From Thermoanaerobaculia bacterium (GTDB taxonomy: Bacteria; Acidobacteriota; Thermoanaerobaculia; Multivoradales; JAGPDF01), in the NCBI GenBank assembly GCA_963821905.1, contig CAWGFP010000007.1, positions 35,116 to 99,115 on the forward strand: a DNA stretch of 64,000 bases, written 5' to 3'. Within the stretch, counting starts at the first letter, position 1. Every line of letters begins with the position of its first letter. Of the stretch, positions 45,128-55,246 are shown one piece after another. The notes beneath the pieces were generated by a model. It saw only the letters and a program-made list of their open reading frames with translations. It was not told where the DNA came from and did no database searches. The position numbers were made by a program, and so were the translations under genes.

Positions 45128-47622
45128 ATGCCCGCGGAAACCGCCGAGAGCCGGAACCCCCCTGGACGGGCGAAGCTCACCCCGGAGAAGGGTAGCGAAG
45201 TTCTCGGCATCGTCCTCCTGGCGGCCGGGCTTCTGCTGCTGGTGAGCCTGGTTTCCCACAACCCTCTGGATCCTTCGGCTTTCCGTGACACCGGCGACGC
45301 GGCGAGAGCCCAGAACCTGATCGGGCGCTTCGGCGCGCAGCTGTCGGCGGCCAGCTTTCAGTTCCTCGGCTTGACCGCTCTGGTCGTGCCCATCCTCATG
45401 TTGCTCTCGGGATGGCGGCGGGTTCGCCATCGGGAGAGTGTTCGGGTGGTGGGCCGCGGCGTGGGAACGGTGCTCCTGCTGGGCTCGCTGCCCGGCTTCC
45501 TGCAACTGGTGGTCGCGGACCTGCCATGGCGTGGGGTCTCGATTCACTCCGGCGGAGCGCTGGGGAAGGTGCTGGCGGAGGCCCTCGACAACCGGATGAA
45601 TTTTGCCGGCGCGCTGGTCGTGCTGGCCGCAGGCGTCACCATCGGCGGCGCCCTGGTCGTGCAGCGCACGTTAGGCGAGGTGTTGAAGGGTTGGCGGGCC
45701 CATATCGCGCAGTGGTTCGAGAACCGCGCTCTGGCCCGCGCCCGGCGGCGCGAGCGCCGCGACAAGGAGAAGGCGCGCGAGCGGGTGGTGACCAAGCACC
45801 TTCAGCGCGTCCAGGACGAGCGCGCCAAGGAAGCGCCGAAGGTCGACACGCCTCCGGCGCAGCCGGCGGGTGGCGATTACCGGCTCGATTTGCCGCTGCG
45901 TGTGGTCGAACGCCGCGGCGAGGGCGAGTTCTCGGTGCGCAAGGTGCGCGGGTCCGCGAGCGGTGAGCCGGTCGAGATGCCGACGCCGGCGCACGCCGAT
46001 CCTCCGGCGGCTGCAGCCGCGCCGCGCTCGCCGGCGATTCCGCGAGCGTCGAAAGCAGCCGAGCCGGCGCCGCCCTCCGCTTCATCTCGCCGCGCGCCGC
46101 AGGAGGCGCTGCCCTTCGCCGCTTCGCCGGCCGAACGCCATCTGCCGCCGATCAACCTCCTGCAGCTCGGTGAGGATCGCAGCGAAGTCGACGAGGACGA
46201 GCTGGTGCGCCTCGGCGAGGCGATCCGCACGCGCTGCGCAGAGTTCGGCGTCGAGGGCACGATCGAGGGCATCCGCCCGGGCCCGGTGATCACCGTCTTC
46301 GAGTTCCAGCCCGCGCCCGGCGTCAAGGTCAGCCAGATCGTCAACCTCCAGGACGACCTCGCGCTGGCGCTCAAGGCGGAGTCGGTGCGCATCGACCGCA
46401 TGCCCGGCCGCTCGACGCTCGGCATCGAAGTTCCGAACCAGAAGCGAGCGATCATCCGCCTCGGCCACCTGCTGGCGCAGGAGACGTTCCAGCAGTCGCC
46501 GTCGCCGCTGACCATGGCGATCGGCATGACCATCCACGGCGAGCCATACTTCGCCGACCTCGCCACCATGCCGCACCTGCTGGTCGCCGGCGCCACCGGC
46601 TCGGGCAAGTGGGTGGGCCTGCAGAGCATGATCACCTCGATCCTCTACAAGGCGACGCGCGAGGAGGTGCAGTTCATCTTCATCGACCCCAAGCGGATCG
46701 AGCTCGGGGTCTACGCCGACATTCCGCACCTGAAGTCCGAGGTGGTGGTCGAACCGAAGAAGGCGGCCAACGCGCTGCGCTGGGCGGTGGCCGAGATGGA
46801 GCGGCGCTACCGCCTGCTCGCCGAGGTGCACGTGCGCTCGATCGACTTCTACAACCGCGCGATCCGGGATCCCGAGGTGCAGAAGCGACTCTCGCTCTCC
46901 GAGGGCGAGGCTTCGTCACCGCCCCGAGGACCTCAAGCCGCTGCCGTACTACGTGATCGTGATCGACGAGCTCGCCGACCTGATGATGGTCTCGTCGGCC
47001 GAAGTCGAGACCTCGATCGCCCGCCTGGCGCAGATGGCGCGCGCGGTGGGCATCCACCTGATCGTCGCCACCCAGCGGCCGTCGGTCGACGTGCTGACCG
47101 GCACGATCAAGGCGAACTTCCCCTGCCGCATCTCGTTCGCCACCGCTTCGCGGCACGACTCGCGCACCATCCTCGACCAGGTGGGCTCGGAGAAGCTCCT
47201 CGGCAAGGGCGACATGCTGCTCATGCCGCCCGGGCACGTCGCGCGTGATGCGCCTGCACGGCGCCTACATCTCCGAGCAGGAGACCGCGGCGCTGATCCG
47301 CTGGCTCAAGAAGCTGGGCAAGCCGCGAGCTCGACCCCGACGGTGCTCGAGAGCGCCCGAGAGCGAGCGGCGTCACCACGCGACGGCGGCGACAACGACG
47401 ACGAGCTCTACGACGAGGCCGCGCGCCTGGTGGTCGCCGAGCGCATGGCCTCGGCCTAGCTTCCTCCAGCGCCGCATGCGCGTCGGCTTCTCGCGCGCCG
47501 CCCGCCTGATCGACATGATGGAGCGCGACGGACTGCTCGGTCCCCCGCAGGGCAGCAAGCCGCGCGACGTGCTGGTCAAGCCGGACTACTTCGCAGAAAT
47601 CGACCGCGTCCGCCAGGACTGA
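45128..47622 (+). CDS. ftsK: DNA translocase FtsK, frame changes between ~46900 and 47300
   Basis: N-terminal TM domain, Pro/Ala linker, motor domain with [17 protein letters not shown] (Walker A), [13 protein letters not shown] (Walker B), [12 protein letters not shown], and a gamma winged-helix tail [24 protein letters not shown]. Confidence 0.9.
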
Positions 47623-47654
47623 GATGGGGGCCGGCCGTAGGACGAGCCGGCTGC

Positions 47655-49886
47655 CTAAGGCGGTGATGGAACGGTTACCTGCACTGACGCCTGATTGTCC
47701 GTGGTGTCCGGGTCGAGGACGTCCGAGTCAGTGATCTGGGCGGTGTTCGTGATGGTGGTCCCACCGGCACTGACTGTAACCGAGACAAGCATCGTGAGCG
47801 TCGCCGAGCCTTGGAACGCCAACGAGCCGACGGTCCACGCCCCGGTGGCCACTAGATACGTACCCTGGCTCGGCGTGACGAGGACGAAACCGAGTCCTGC
47901 GGGCAGAACATCCGTGACCTGAACTCCGGTTGCATCGTCGGGCCCGTTGTTGGTCAGTGTGATGGTGAAGGTGATCTGGTCACCGACGTTGGGCGTCGCG
48001 TTATCGACGACCTTGGTCAGCGCGAGGTCGGCTTGTTGCGGCGTTTCCGTGGCGGAAGCCGAATTGTTGGCCGTGTTCGGATCAAATTGATCGGAATCAG
48101 AGACGTTCGCGGTGTTGGTTTGGGCGTCAGGGCCCTCCACGGTGGCCAAGATGGAGAGCGTCTGCGGCGTAACTGGGGTGACGGTACCTACGGTCCACAG
48201 CCCGCTGAGGTTGTCGTATGTGCCCTGACTCGGCGTCGCCGAAACAATGGCCAGTCCAGTGGGCAGAACATCCGTGACCTGAACTCCGGTTGCATCGTCG
48301 GGCCCGTTGTTGGTCAGCGTGACGGTGAAGGTGATCTGGTCGCCGACGTTGGGCGTGGCGTCGGATACCGTCTTGGTCAGCGCGAGGTCGGCTTGCTGCG
48401 GCGATTCCGTGGCAGAGGCCGAATTGTTGGCCGTGTTCGGATCAAATTGATCGGAATCAGAGACGTTCGCGGTGTTGGTTTGGGCGTCAGGGCCCTCCAC
48501 GGTGGCCAAGATGGAGAGCGTCTGCGGCGTAACTGGAGTGATGGTACCTACGGTCCACAGCCCGCTGAGGTTGTCGTATGTGCCCTGACTCGGCGTCGCC
48601 GAAACAATGGCCAATCCAGTGGGCAGAACATCCGTGACCTGAACTCCGGTTGCATCGTCGGGTCCGTTGTTGGTCAGCGTGACGGTGAAGGTGATCTGGT
48701 CGCCGACGTTGGGCGTGGGGTCGGATACCGTCTTGGTCAGGGCGAGGTCGGCTTGTTGCGGCGTTTCGGTGGCAGAAGCCGAGTTGTTGGCCGTGTCGGG
48801 ATCGAAGAGGGGGGTACCAGTGATGGTTGCGGTGTTGGTACGGGCATCAGGGCTGTCCACTCTGGCCACGATCGCGAGCGACTGCGGCGTGCTCACGGTG
48901 ACGGTGGCGAGATCCCAAATCCCGCTGCCTGGAGTGTAAGTACCCTGGCTCGGTGTCGCTGAGACGAGAGTCAGGCCGGCCGGCAGGAGATCCGTGACCT
49001 GAACGCCGGTAGCGTCGTCGGGTCCGTTATTGGTCAGAGTGACCGTGAAGGTGATCTGGTCCCCGACGTTCGGTGCGGCGTCGGACACCGTCTTGGTGAG
49101 CGCGAGATCGGCGGTGGCGCCGGTAACCCCGGTCGGCTGCACGTCGATGCGGACGTAGAAGTTGACCGCGTCGGCCGTGGTGAAGAGAGCCACGATATCC
49201 GTGCTGGCCGAGCCTCCGGTGTCGCCGACTGGGTCGCTGCCGCGCGGCGCGATGCCGGCCCAATCTGCGATCTGCCCGTCCATCACGATCGTTGCCGCCC
49301 ATGCCGCGACGGCCGTCAATAGCAGGGCGACGGTCATGACGGGCAAGGCCCCACTCCGCCTCAAGACGATCAGCGCGGCGAAGGTCAGCAGAGAAACCAG
49401 GAGCAGCGCAGACCATCCCGAAAGCGTCGGTATCTCCAGAATGGACGCGAGCGGGAAGAGGGCGTCGCCCTGCTGCTCGGAGTCCAGCGATACGACGCCG
49501 ACTCGGAGGGGGTTCGCGGTACCCAGAGCGCCGATCGGGACGAAGCCCTCGATGACGTCCTCGCCGCCGGGGCCGTTGCCAGCGCCGACCGGCCAGCCCC
49601 CGGCGGAGACTGCGAGCTCGGGACCGAACACTCCACCAATGCACACGGCCCTGGTCTCGGAGGTGATCGAGCCCGGTGCGACGGTGAAGTCCACCGTGAT
49701 CGTGAGGCGCTGGTCGGCGCCCCCGAAGATGGCCGGGCCGCCGGGTTCGGTAACGGTGCAGCCGGTGGCCGGGTTGCCGTCGAGATCCAGCAGAACGAGG
49801 TAGTGAACCGTCTGCCCTGCGGCTGGCGCCGCGAGGGTTGCGGCAAGGGCGACGAGAAACCCGAACGCGAGCCCCCTGCTCTTCAT
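47655..49886 (-). CDS. secreted/surface protein with four DUF11 (conserved repeat) domains; reads through an internal IPTL-CTERM-like segment, possibly two genes
   Basis: Continuous ORF in a clean region. ATG at 49884-49886 gives signal peptide MKSRGLAFGFLVALAATLAAPAAG, followed by a ~150-aa domain. Next are IPTLSGWSALLLVSLLTFAALIVLRR, a second signal-like segment MTVALLLTAVAAWAA, then 4 x ~120 aa repeats (ADLALTKTVSD.TPNVGDQITFTVTLTNNGPDDATGVQVTD.LP.GL). Confidence 0.8.
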   Translation of the reverse strand: MKSRGLAFGFLVALAATLAAPAAGQTVHYLVLLDLDGNPATGCTVTEPGGPAIFGGADQRLTITVDFTVAPGSITSETRAVCIGGVFGPELAVSAGGWPVGAGNGPGGEDVIEGFVPIGALGTANPLRVGVVSLDSEQQGDALFPLASILEIPTLSGWSALLLVSLLTFAALIVLRRSGALPVMTVALLLTAVAAWAATIVMDGQIADWAGIAPRGSDPVGDTGGSASTDIVALFTTADAVNFYVRIDVQPTGVTGATADLALTKTVSDAAPNVGDQITFTVTLTNNGPDDATGVQVTDLLPAGLTLVSATPSQGTYTPGSGIWDLATVTVSTPQSLAIVARVDSPDARTNTATITGTPLFDPDTANNSASATETPQQADLALTKTVSDPTPNVGDQITFTVTLTNNGPDDATGVQVTDVLPTGLAIVSATPSQGTYDNLSGLWTVGTITPVTPQTLSILATVEGPDAQTNTANVSDSDQFDPNTANNSASATESPQQADLALTKTVSDATPNVGDQITFTVTLTNNGPDDATGVQVTDVLPTGLAIVSATPSQGTYDNLSGLWTVGTVTPVTPQTLSILATVEGPDAQTNTANVSDSDQFDPNTANNSASATETPQQADLALTKVVDNATPNVGDQITFTITLTNNGPDDATGVQVTDVLPAGLGFVLVTPSQGTYLVATGAWTVGSLAFQGSATLTMLVSVTVSAGGTTITNTAQITDSDVLDPDTTDNQASVQVTVPSPP
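47671..49110 (-). repeat. tandem 360-bp coding repeats (DUF11 units); the two central units are ~97% identical
   Basis: Unit boundaries (GCTTGYTGCGGCG) fall at 48031, 48391 and 48751. Units 48031-48390 and 48391-48750 differ at about 10 of 360 positions by eye. The flanking units are more diverged. Confidence 0.85.
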
Positions 49887-49966
49887 GAGGCGGGCTCCTC
49901 TCTGCGAGGACGAGTGAGAAGCTGCCCCTGAATATAGCCCCAAACGGCTGTCAGAGGGCCCCTACG

Positions 49967-51052
49967 TCAATCTTCGATGAGATCCTCGAAGCGCCCCTTG
50001 TCGCTCGCCTTCATGTAGGCCTCGCGGGCCGTGATGCGCTTCTGCTCGACCAGGGCCATCAGGGCGTCGTCCATGATCTGCATGCCCTGGGACTTGCCGC
50101 CCTGGATGATCGAGGTGAGCATCGGGCGTGTTGCCTTCGCGGATGATGTTGGGCAGGCCGGGGGTCTTGAGCAGGATCTCGTTGACCGCGCAGGCGGCCC
50201 TGGCCGTCGGCGGTCGCGCAGCAGGAGCTGCGAGACGACGCCGGCGAGCGACTCGGCGAGCGTCATGCGGACCTGCGCCTGCTCGTCGGCGGGGAAGGCG
50301 TCGATCAGGCGGTCGATGGTCTTGGCGGCGCCGTTGGTGTGCAGCGTGCCGAAGACCAGCGCGCCCATCTCGGCGGCGGTGATCGCCAGCGCGATGGTCT
50401 CGAGGTCGCGCATCTCGCCGACCAGGATCACGTCGGCGTCCTGGCGGATGGCGGCGCGCAGCGCGGCGGCGAAGCTCTCGGTGTCGTGCGCCGACCTCGC
50501 GCTGCGAGAAGACCGACAGCTTGTTCGTGGTGCACGAACTCGACCGGGTCTTCGATGGTCACGATGTGCTTGCGATAGGTGGTGTTGATCTGGTCGATGA
50601 TCGCCGCGAGCGTCGTCGACTTGCCCGAGCCGGTGGGGCCGGTGACCAGCACCAGCCCTGCTGCGGAGATGGGCGAAGCCCTCGATCGCCTTCGGCAGGT
50701 TGCAGCTCCTCGAGCGGTGACGATCTTCTCGGGGATGATGCGGAAGACGGCCGCGGCGCCGTTCTCCTGGCGCAGGTAGTTGGCGCGGAAGCGGGCGAGC
50801 CCCGGCGAGGCCGTAGGCGAAGTCGAGGTCGCCGCGTCGCTCGTAATCGCTCCACTGGCCTCGTCGCTGACGCGATCTCGCGCAGGATCGCGCAGCGAGC
50901 TCGTCGTGCGCCAGCACGCGGCCACTCGCCGCCCACCGGCTCGAGCGCGCCGTGGACGCGGATGCGCGGCTCCAGGCCCGGCCGCCAGGTGCAGGTCCGA
51001 GCCCTTGTCGCTCCTTGCAGGTAGGTGGAACAGCTCGTCGATCGCGGGCCAT
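49967..51052 (-). CDS. pilT: type IV pilus twitching-motility ATPase PilT, frame changes
   Basis: Pieces in 3 frames: [44 protein letters not shown] (Walker A), [76 protein letters not shown]. Confidence 0.85.
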   Translation of the reverse strand: MARDRRAVPPTCKERQGLGPAPGGRAWSRASASTARSSRWAASGRVLAHDELAARSCARSRQRRGQWSDYERRGDLDFAYGLAGARPLPRQLPAPGERRRGRLPHHPREDRHRSRSCNLPKAIEGFAHLRSRAGAGHRPHRLGQVDDARGDHRPDQHHLSQAHRDHRRPGRVRAPRTSCRSSRSARSAHDTESFAAALRAAIRQDADVILVGEMRDLETIALAITAAEMGALVFGTLHTNGAAKTIDRLIDAFPADEQAQVRMTLAESLAGVVSQLLLRDRRRPGPPARSTRSCSRPPACPTSSAKATRPMLTSIIQGGKSQGMQIMDDALMALVEQKRITAREAYMKASDKGRFEDLIED

Positions 51053-51064
51053 GGCGGGTCCTCC

Positions 51065-52400
51065 TCAGGCGGCGGGCGTCAGCTTCGCCGGATCGCTCGG
51101 GTCGTCGGCGTCGCAGCGCCTCCTCGCGCGTGATGACCCTGCGTCTTGACCAGGTCGGCGAGCGAGGCGTCGAGCAGGCACATGCCCTGCGCGGCGCCGG
51201 TCTGCAGCACCGAGCGGATCTGGAAGGTCTTGTTCTCGCGGATCAGGTTGGCGACCGCCTTGTTGACCGACCAGCACCTCGAGCGCGGGCACCCGGCCGG
51301 TGCCGTCGGCGCGCGGCACCAGGCGCTGCGAGACGACGGCGCGCAGCGACTCGGAGACCATGGTGCGGATCTGCTCCTGCTGCGTCGGCGGGAAGACGCC
51401 GAGGATGCGGTTGATGGTGCGGATGGCGCTCGCTGGTGTGCAGCGTCGCGAGCACCAGGTGGCCGGTCTCGGCGGCGGTGAGCGCGAGCGAGATGGTCTC
51501 GAGGTCGCGCAGCTCGCCGATGGCGATGACGTCGGGGTCCTCGCGCAGCGCGGCGCGCAGGGCGCGGGCGAAGGAGCCGGTGTGCGCGGCCGACCTGGCG
51601 CTGGTTGACCACGCAGCCCTTGGAGGGGTGCACGTACTCGATCGGGTCCTCGATGGTGATGATGTGGTCGCGGCGCTCCTCGTTGATGAGGTTGACCAGC
51701 GCGGCCAGCGTCGACGACTTGCCGCAGCCCGGCCGGGCCGGTGAGCAGCACCATGCCCTGGTGGAAGTTGGCGAACTGGGCGAGCGTGGTGGGCAGGCCG
51801 AGCTCGGCGAGCGTCGGCGGCTTCGGGCGGGATGGCGCGGAACACGACGTCGACGCCGCGCTGCTGGCGGTAGGCGTTGCCGCGGAAGCGGCCGACCTTG
51901 GGCAGCGTGTAGGCGAAGTCCACCTGGCCCTGGCGCTGGAGCGCCTCCCATTGCTGGTCGTTGAGGAGCTCGCGCGCCAGGCGCTCGGTCGCCGCGGCGT
52001 CGAGCGGTGGCGTCGAGAGATCGCGCAGCGCTCCGTTCACCCGCAGACGGGTCGGCGCGCCGGCGTGGACGTGAATGTCGCTGGCGCCGCTCTTGACCGC
52101 GAACTCGAGCACCTGCTCCGCGCGGCGCATGCGCGCGGCGGCCGCCTCGTTCGGGGCCGCGGCCGCGGCGGGAGCCGGCGCCTCGGCGGCGCGTGCTTGC
52201 TTCGCCTGGTACTCACGCTGGGCGTTGAGCAGGGCGTCGAGCTGGGCCTGCGACAACCAGCCGCGCTCGAGCAGCAGCTCCCCAAGCCGGCGCGTGCCGC
52301 CTTCGCGCGCTTGCTGCGCGGTCACCTCCTGCAATTGCTCGCGCGTGATGAGCTTGTAGTGCAGGGCGAGCCGGCCAAACAGCGACGCGTCGGCGGTCAT
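51065..52400 (-). CDS. PilT/PilU-family ATPase with a ~90-aa N-terminal MshEN/T2SSE_N-like extension, frame changes in the ATPase core
   Basis: ATG at 52398-52400. The N-terminus is [61 protein letters not shown], followed by an Ala-rich linker and the PilT core: [106 protein letters not shown]. Confidence 0.8.
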
Positions 52401-52468
52401 CGGTGCGCACAGGCTAATGCTCGCCGCGACGGGCGTCAACGCCGGTAATGCCCTGCTACCATGCGGAC

Positions 52469-53407
52469 ATGCCGGGCTCGTTGATCTTTTTCGGCACGCC
52501 GGAGTTCGCGGTGCCGACACTCGCTCGCCTGGTCGAAGCGGGCCGGAGGCCGGCGCTGGTCGTCACCCAGCCGCCGCGCGCCGTCGGCCGCGGGCGCAAG
52601 ATGCAGGAGCCGCCGGTGGCGCTATGGGCGCGCCGCCACGGCCTGGCGGTGGACCAACCGGAGCGAGTGCGTAGCCCGGAAGCGCTGGCCCGTTTCGCCG
52701 CGCTCGCTCCCGAGCTGGCCGTGGTGGTGGCGTTCGGGCAGATCTTCCCCCCGCAGTTGCTTGCTCTGCCGCGTCTGGGATGCGTCAACGTCCACGCCTC
52801 GCTCCTGCCGCGCTGGCGCGGCGCGGCACCCATCCAGGCGGCGATCGCCGCCGGCGATCGCAACACTGGCGTAACCACCATGAAGATGACCGCGGGGCTC
52901 GACACCGGACCGATGCTGCTGCGAGAGGAAACGCCGATCGGTGAGCACGAGACTGCCGGCGAACTGTCGGGCCGCCTGGCGGTCCTCGGCGGCGACCTCC
53001 TGCTGCGCACCATCGCCGGTCTCGAGGCCGGAATGCTCGAGGCCCAGCCGCAGGACGAGAGCCGCGCCACCTACGCGCCGCGCCTGCGCCGGGACGACGG
53101 TCGGGCCGACTGGTCACTGTCCGCCGACCTGCTGGCCGCGCGCTGGCGGGCATTTACCCCGTGGCCGGGGTTGGAGACGACGCTGCGCGGCGAGCCGGTG
53201 AAGCTCGCGGCGGTGACCGCGATGGAAGCGCGGGCCGAGGGCGAGCCGGGCGTGCTCGCCGGCCTCGGCGAGGAAGGCCTGCGCGTCGTCTGCGGCGATT
53301 CCAGCGTGGCGGCGATCGGCGAGCTGCAGCGCCCCGGCCGGCGGGCGCTCGCGGCGCGCGATTTCTGGAACGGCGAGAGGTTACGCGCCGGCGAGAAGTT
53401 CGCGTGA
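52469..53407 (+). CDS. fmt: methionyl-tRNA formyltransferase
   Basis: [69 protein letters not shown]. Confidence 0.9.
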   Translation: MPGSLIFFGTPEFAVPTLARLVEAGRRPALVVTQPPRAVGRGRKMQEPPVALWARRHGLAVDQPERVRSPEALARFAALAPELAVVVAFGQIFPPQLLALPRLGCVNVHASLLPRWRGAAPIQAAIAAGDRNTGVTTMKMTAGLDTGPMLLREETPIGEHETAGELSGRLAVLGGDLLLRTIAGLEAGMLEAQPQDESRATYAPRLRRDDGRADWSLSADLLAARWRAFTPWPGLETTLRGEPVKLAAVTAMEARAEGEPGVLAGLGEEGLRVVCGDSSVAAIGELQRPGRRALAARDFWNGERLRAGEKFA

Positions 53408-54801
53408 CCCGTCGCAGCCGCTATCCCACCCCAGCGGAGATATCGCCGGCCCGCAGTCTGCCCGCCATGCCGCGCGGTACCACCGGGGTGCGCGGCGCCG
53501 CGGCCTGGGTGCTCGAACGCACGCTGGCGGCGCGAGCGCCGGTCGACCTCCATCTCGACGGCGCCCAGGCCAGCTTCGACGAACGAGATCGCGCCCTGCT
53601 GCGGGAGATCGTGCTCGGCTGCCTGCGCTGGCTGCGCCGGCTCGACGCGGTGCTGACGAGAGCAAGTCACCGCCCGTTCGCCGAGGTCGATCCGCGGCTT
53701 GTGCCGCTGCTGCGGGTGGCGGCGTATCAGTTGCTGTTTCTCGAGCGGGTGCCGGCCCACGCGGTGGTCAACGAGGCGGTCGAGCAAGCCGCGCAGCAAA
53801 CCCACCGCGGCGGCGCGAGCTTCGTCAACGCCGTGCTGCGTCGTATCGCGCGTGACCCGCGGCTGTCGGCCTGGCCGGTCGAGGAGGCCGATCCGGTGCG
53901 CCGCCTGGCGGTGGAGAAGAGCCACCCCGATTTTCTCGTAGCCCGTTGGGTGGCGCGTTTCGGCATGGCGCGAGTGGCTGAATTGCTCGACGCCAACAAC
54001 CGGCCCAAGCCGCTGCAGTTGCTCGCTTTCCGCGCCCGCGGCGGCCGCGAGTTGCTCGCCGAGGCGTTGATCGACGAAGGCCTGGAGGTCGAGGCGTCGA
54101 CGCTCAGCGCGCTGGGCCTGAGTGTGCTGGCGGGCAATCCGCTGGCGACGGTTGCCTTCGCGCGCGGTGACTTCTACATCCAGGACGAAGCCAGTCAGGT
54201 CGCCGCCCTGCTGCCGCCGCCGGTGCCCGGCGAACGGATCCTCGATGCCGCGGCGGCGCCTGGAGGCAAGACCCTCGCGCTGCGCGCCTGGGAGAACACC
54301 GCTCGCGTGGTGGCTGCGGACATTTCGCTGGCGCGCATCCAGACGCTGCGGGCCAATCTGCGACGGCTCGACCTCGACCTGCCGCTGTTGGTTGGCGACG
54401 CTGCCGCCCCGGCCCTCGGCGCGGTCTTCGATCGTGTGATCCTGGACCTGCCGTGCACCGGCACCGGCACCCTGCGCAAGAACCCCGAGCTGAAGTGGCG
54501 CATCAGCGAGCCCGAGATCGGCCGGCTGAGCGGACTCGCTCTCCGGCTGCTCGATGCCTCGGCTCCGCTGGTCCGGGTGGGCGGCTTGCTGGTGGTGATT
54601 ACCTGCTCGCTCGAGCCCGAGGAGAACGACGAGGTCGTGGCCGGGTTTCTCTCCGGCGGCGCCGGCTTTGCCCTCCTCGACTTGACGGAGCAGGTCCCGA
54701 CGCCTCTGGAGCGCTACGTCAGCGGGCTGGGAAAATGGCAGATTCTGCCCGGCGGCGACCACGACGGATTCACCGTGCACGTGTTGCGGCGCCTGTATTG
54801 A
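53404..54801 (+). CDS. rsmB: 16S rRNA (cytosine967-C5)-methyltransferase RsmB/Sun (start GTG 53404 or ATG 53467)
   Basis: GTGA overlap with the fmt stop. It has a NusB-like N-domain (FVNAVLRRIARD), then FYIQDEASQV, LDAAAAPGGKTLAL and DLPCTGTGTLRKNPELKWR. Confidence 0.85.
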   Translation: MTRRSRYPTPAEISPARSLPAMPRGTTGVRGAAAWVLERTLAARAPVDLHLDGAQASFDERDRALLREIVLGCLRWLRRLDAVLTRASHRPFAEVDPRLVPLLRVAAYQLLFLERVPAHAVVNEAVEQAAQQTHRGGASFVNAVLRRIARDPRLSAWPVEEADPVRRLAVEKSHPDFLVARWVARFGMARVAELLDANNRPKPLQLLAFRARGGRELLAEALIDEGLEVEASTLSALGLSVLAGNPLATVAFARGDFYIQDEASQVAALLPPPVPGERILDAAAAPGGKTLALRAWENTARVVAADISLARIQTLRANLRRLDLDLPLLVGDAAAPALGAVFDRVILDLPCTGTGTLRKNPELKWRISEPEIGRLSGLALRLLDASAPLVRVGGLLVVITCSLEPEENDEVVAGFLSGGAGFALLDLTEQVPTPLERYVSGLGKWQILPGGDHDGFTVHVLRRLY

Positions 54802-54888
54802 CAGGGTTTTGAGCTTGCCGTAATGTCGCCCGCACTGTTACTGGCAACGACGCCTTTAACGAGACCTCATCTCCAAAGGAGGAGAGCG

Positions 54889-55176
54889 ATGGCAGGAAAA
54901 GCTGACATTGTGGACGCGCTCGCAAGCGGCGTCGAAGGGCTGTCGAAGAAGCAGGCTGGCGAGGCTTTCGACAATGTGTTCGACACCATCACCAAGCACC
55001 TGAAGAAGGGTGACCGCGTGCAGGTTCCCGGCTTCGGCAGCTTCGCGGTTTCGAAGCGTGCCCAGCGCAAGGGCCGCAACCCTGCGACCGGCGCCACCAT
55101 CACGATCAAGGCGAGCAAGAACGCTCGCTTCAAGGCGGGCAAGGAACTGAAGGACGCCCTCAACAAGGGCAAGTAA
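54889..55176 (+). CDS. hup: HU family nucleoid-associated DNA-binding protein
   Basis: AAAGGAGGAG lies 6 nt upstream of the ATG at 54889. Reads MAGKADIVDALA...VQVPGFGSFAVSKRAQRKGRNPATGATITIKASKNARFKAGKELKDAL. Confidence 0.9.
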   Translation: MAGKADIVDALASGVEGLSKKQAGEAFDNVFDTITKHLKKGDRVQVPGFGSFAVSKRAQRKGRNPATGATITIKASKNARFKAGKELKDALNKGK

Positions 55177-55202
55177 GCCGCTTCTCCTCCTTACGCGAGA
55201 GC

Positions 55203-55246
55203 AAGAAGCCCCGCGCTGCTTCAACGGACGCGGGGCTTCTTGTTTT
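55203..55246 (+). terminator. rho-independent terminator after hup (also faces the convergent glycosyltransferase gene)
   Basis: AAGAAGCCCCGCG (55203-55215), 13-nt loop, CGCGGGGCTTCTT (55229-55241), then GTTTT. Confidence 0.8.

Noticed and set aside
47623-47654. A possible bidirectional terminator between ftsK and the DUF11 gene (GGCCGGC ... GCCGGCT).
   Set aside because: The stem is only 6-7 bp including a G-U pair, there is no U-tract on either strand, and GCCGGC is self-complementary and common in this DNA.
47671-49110. Regular tandem repeats that might be taken for a CRISPR array or a satellite.
   Set aside because: The period is 360 bp, there are no short spacers, and the repeats lie in frame within a continuous ORF encoding DUF11 domains.
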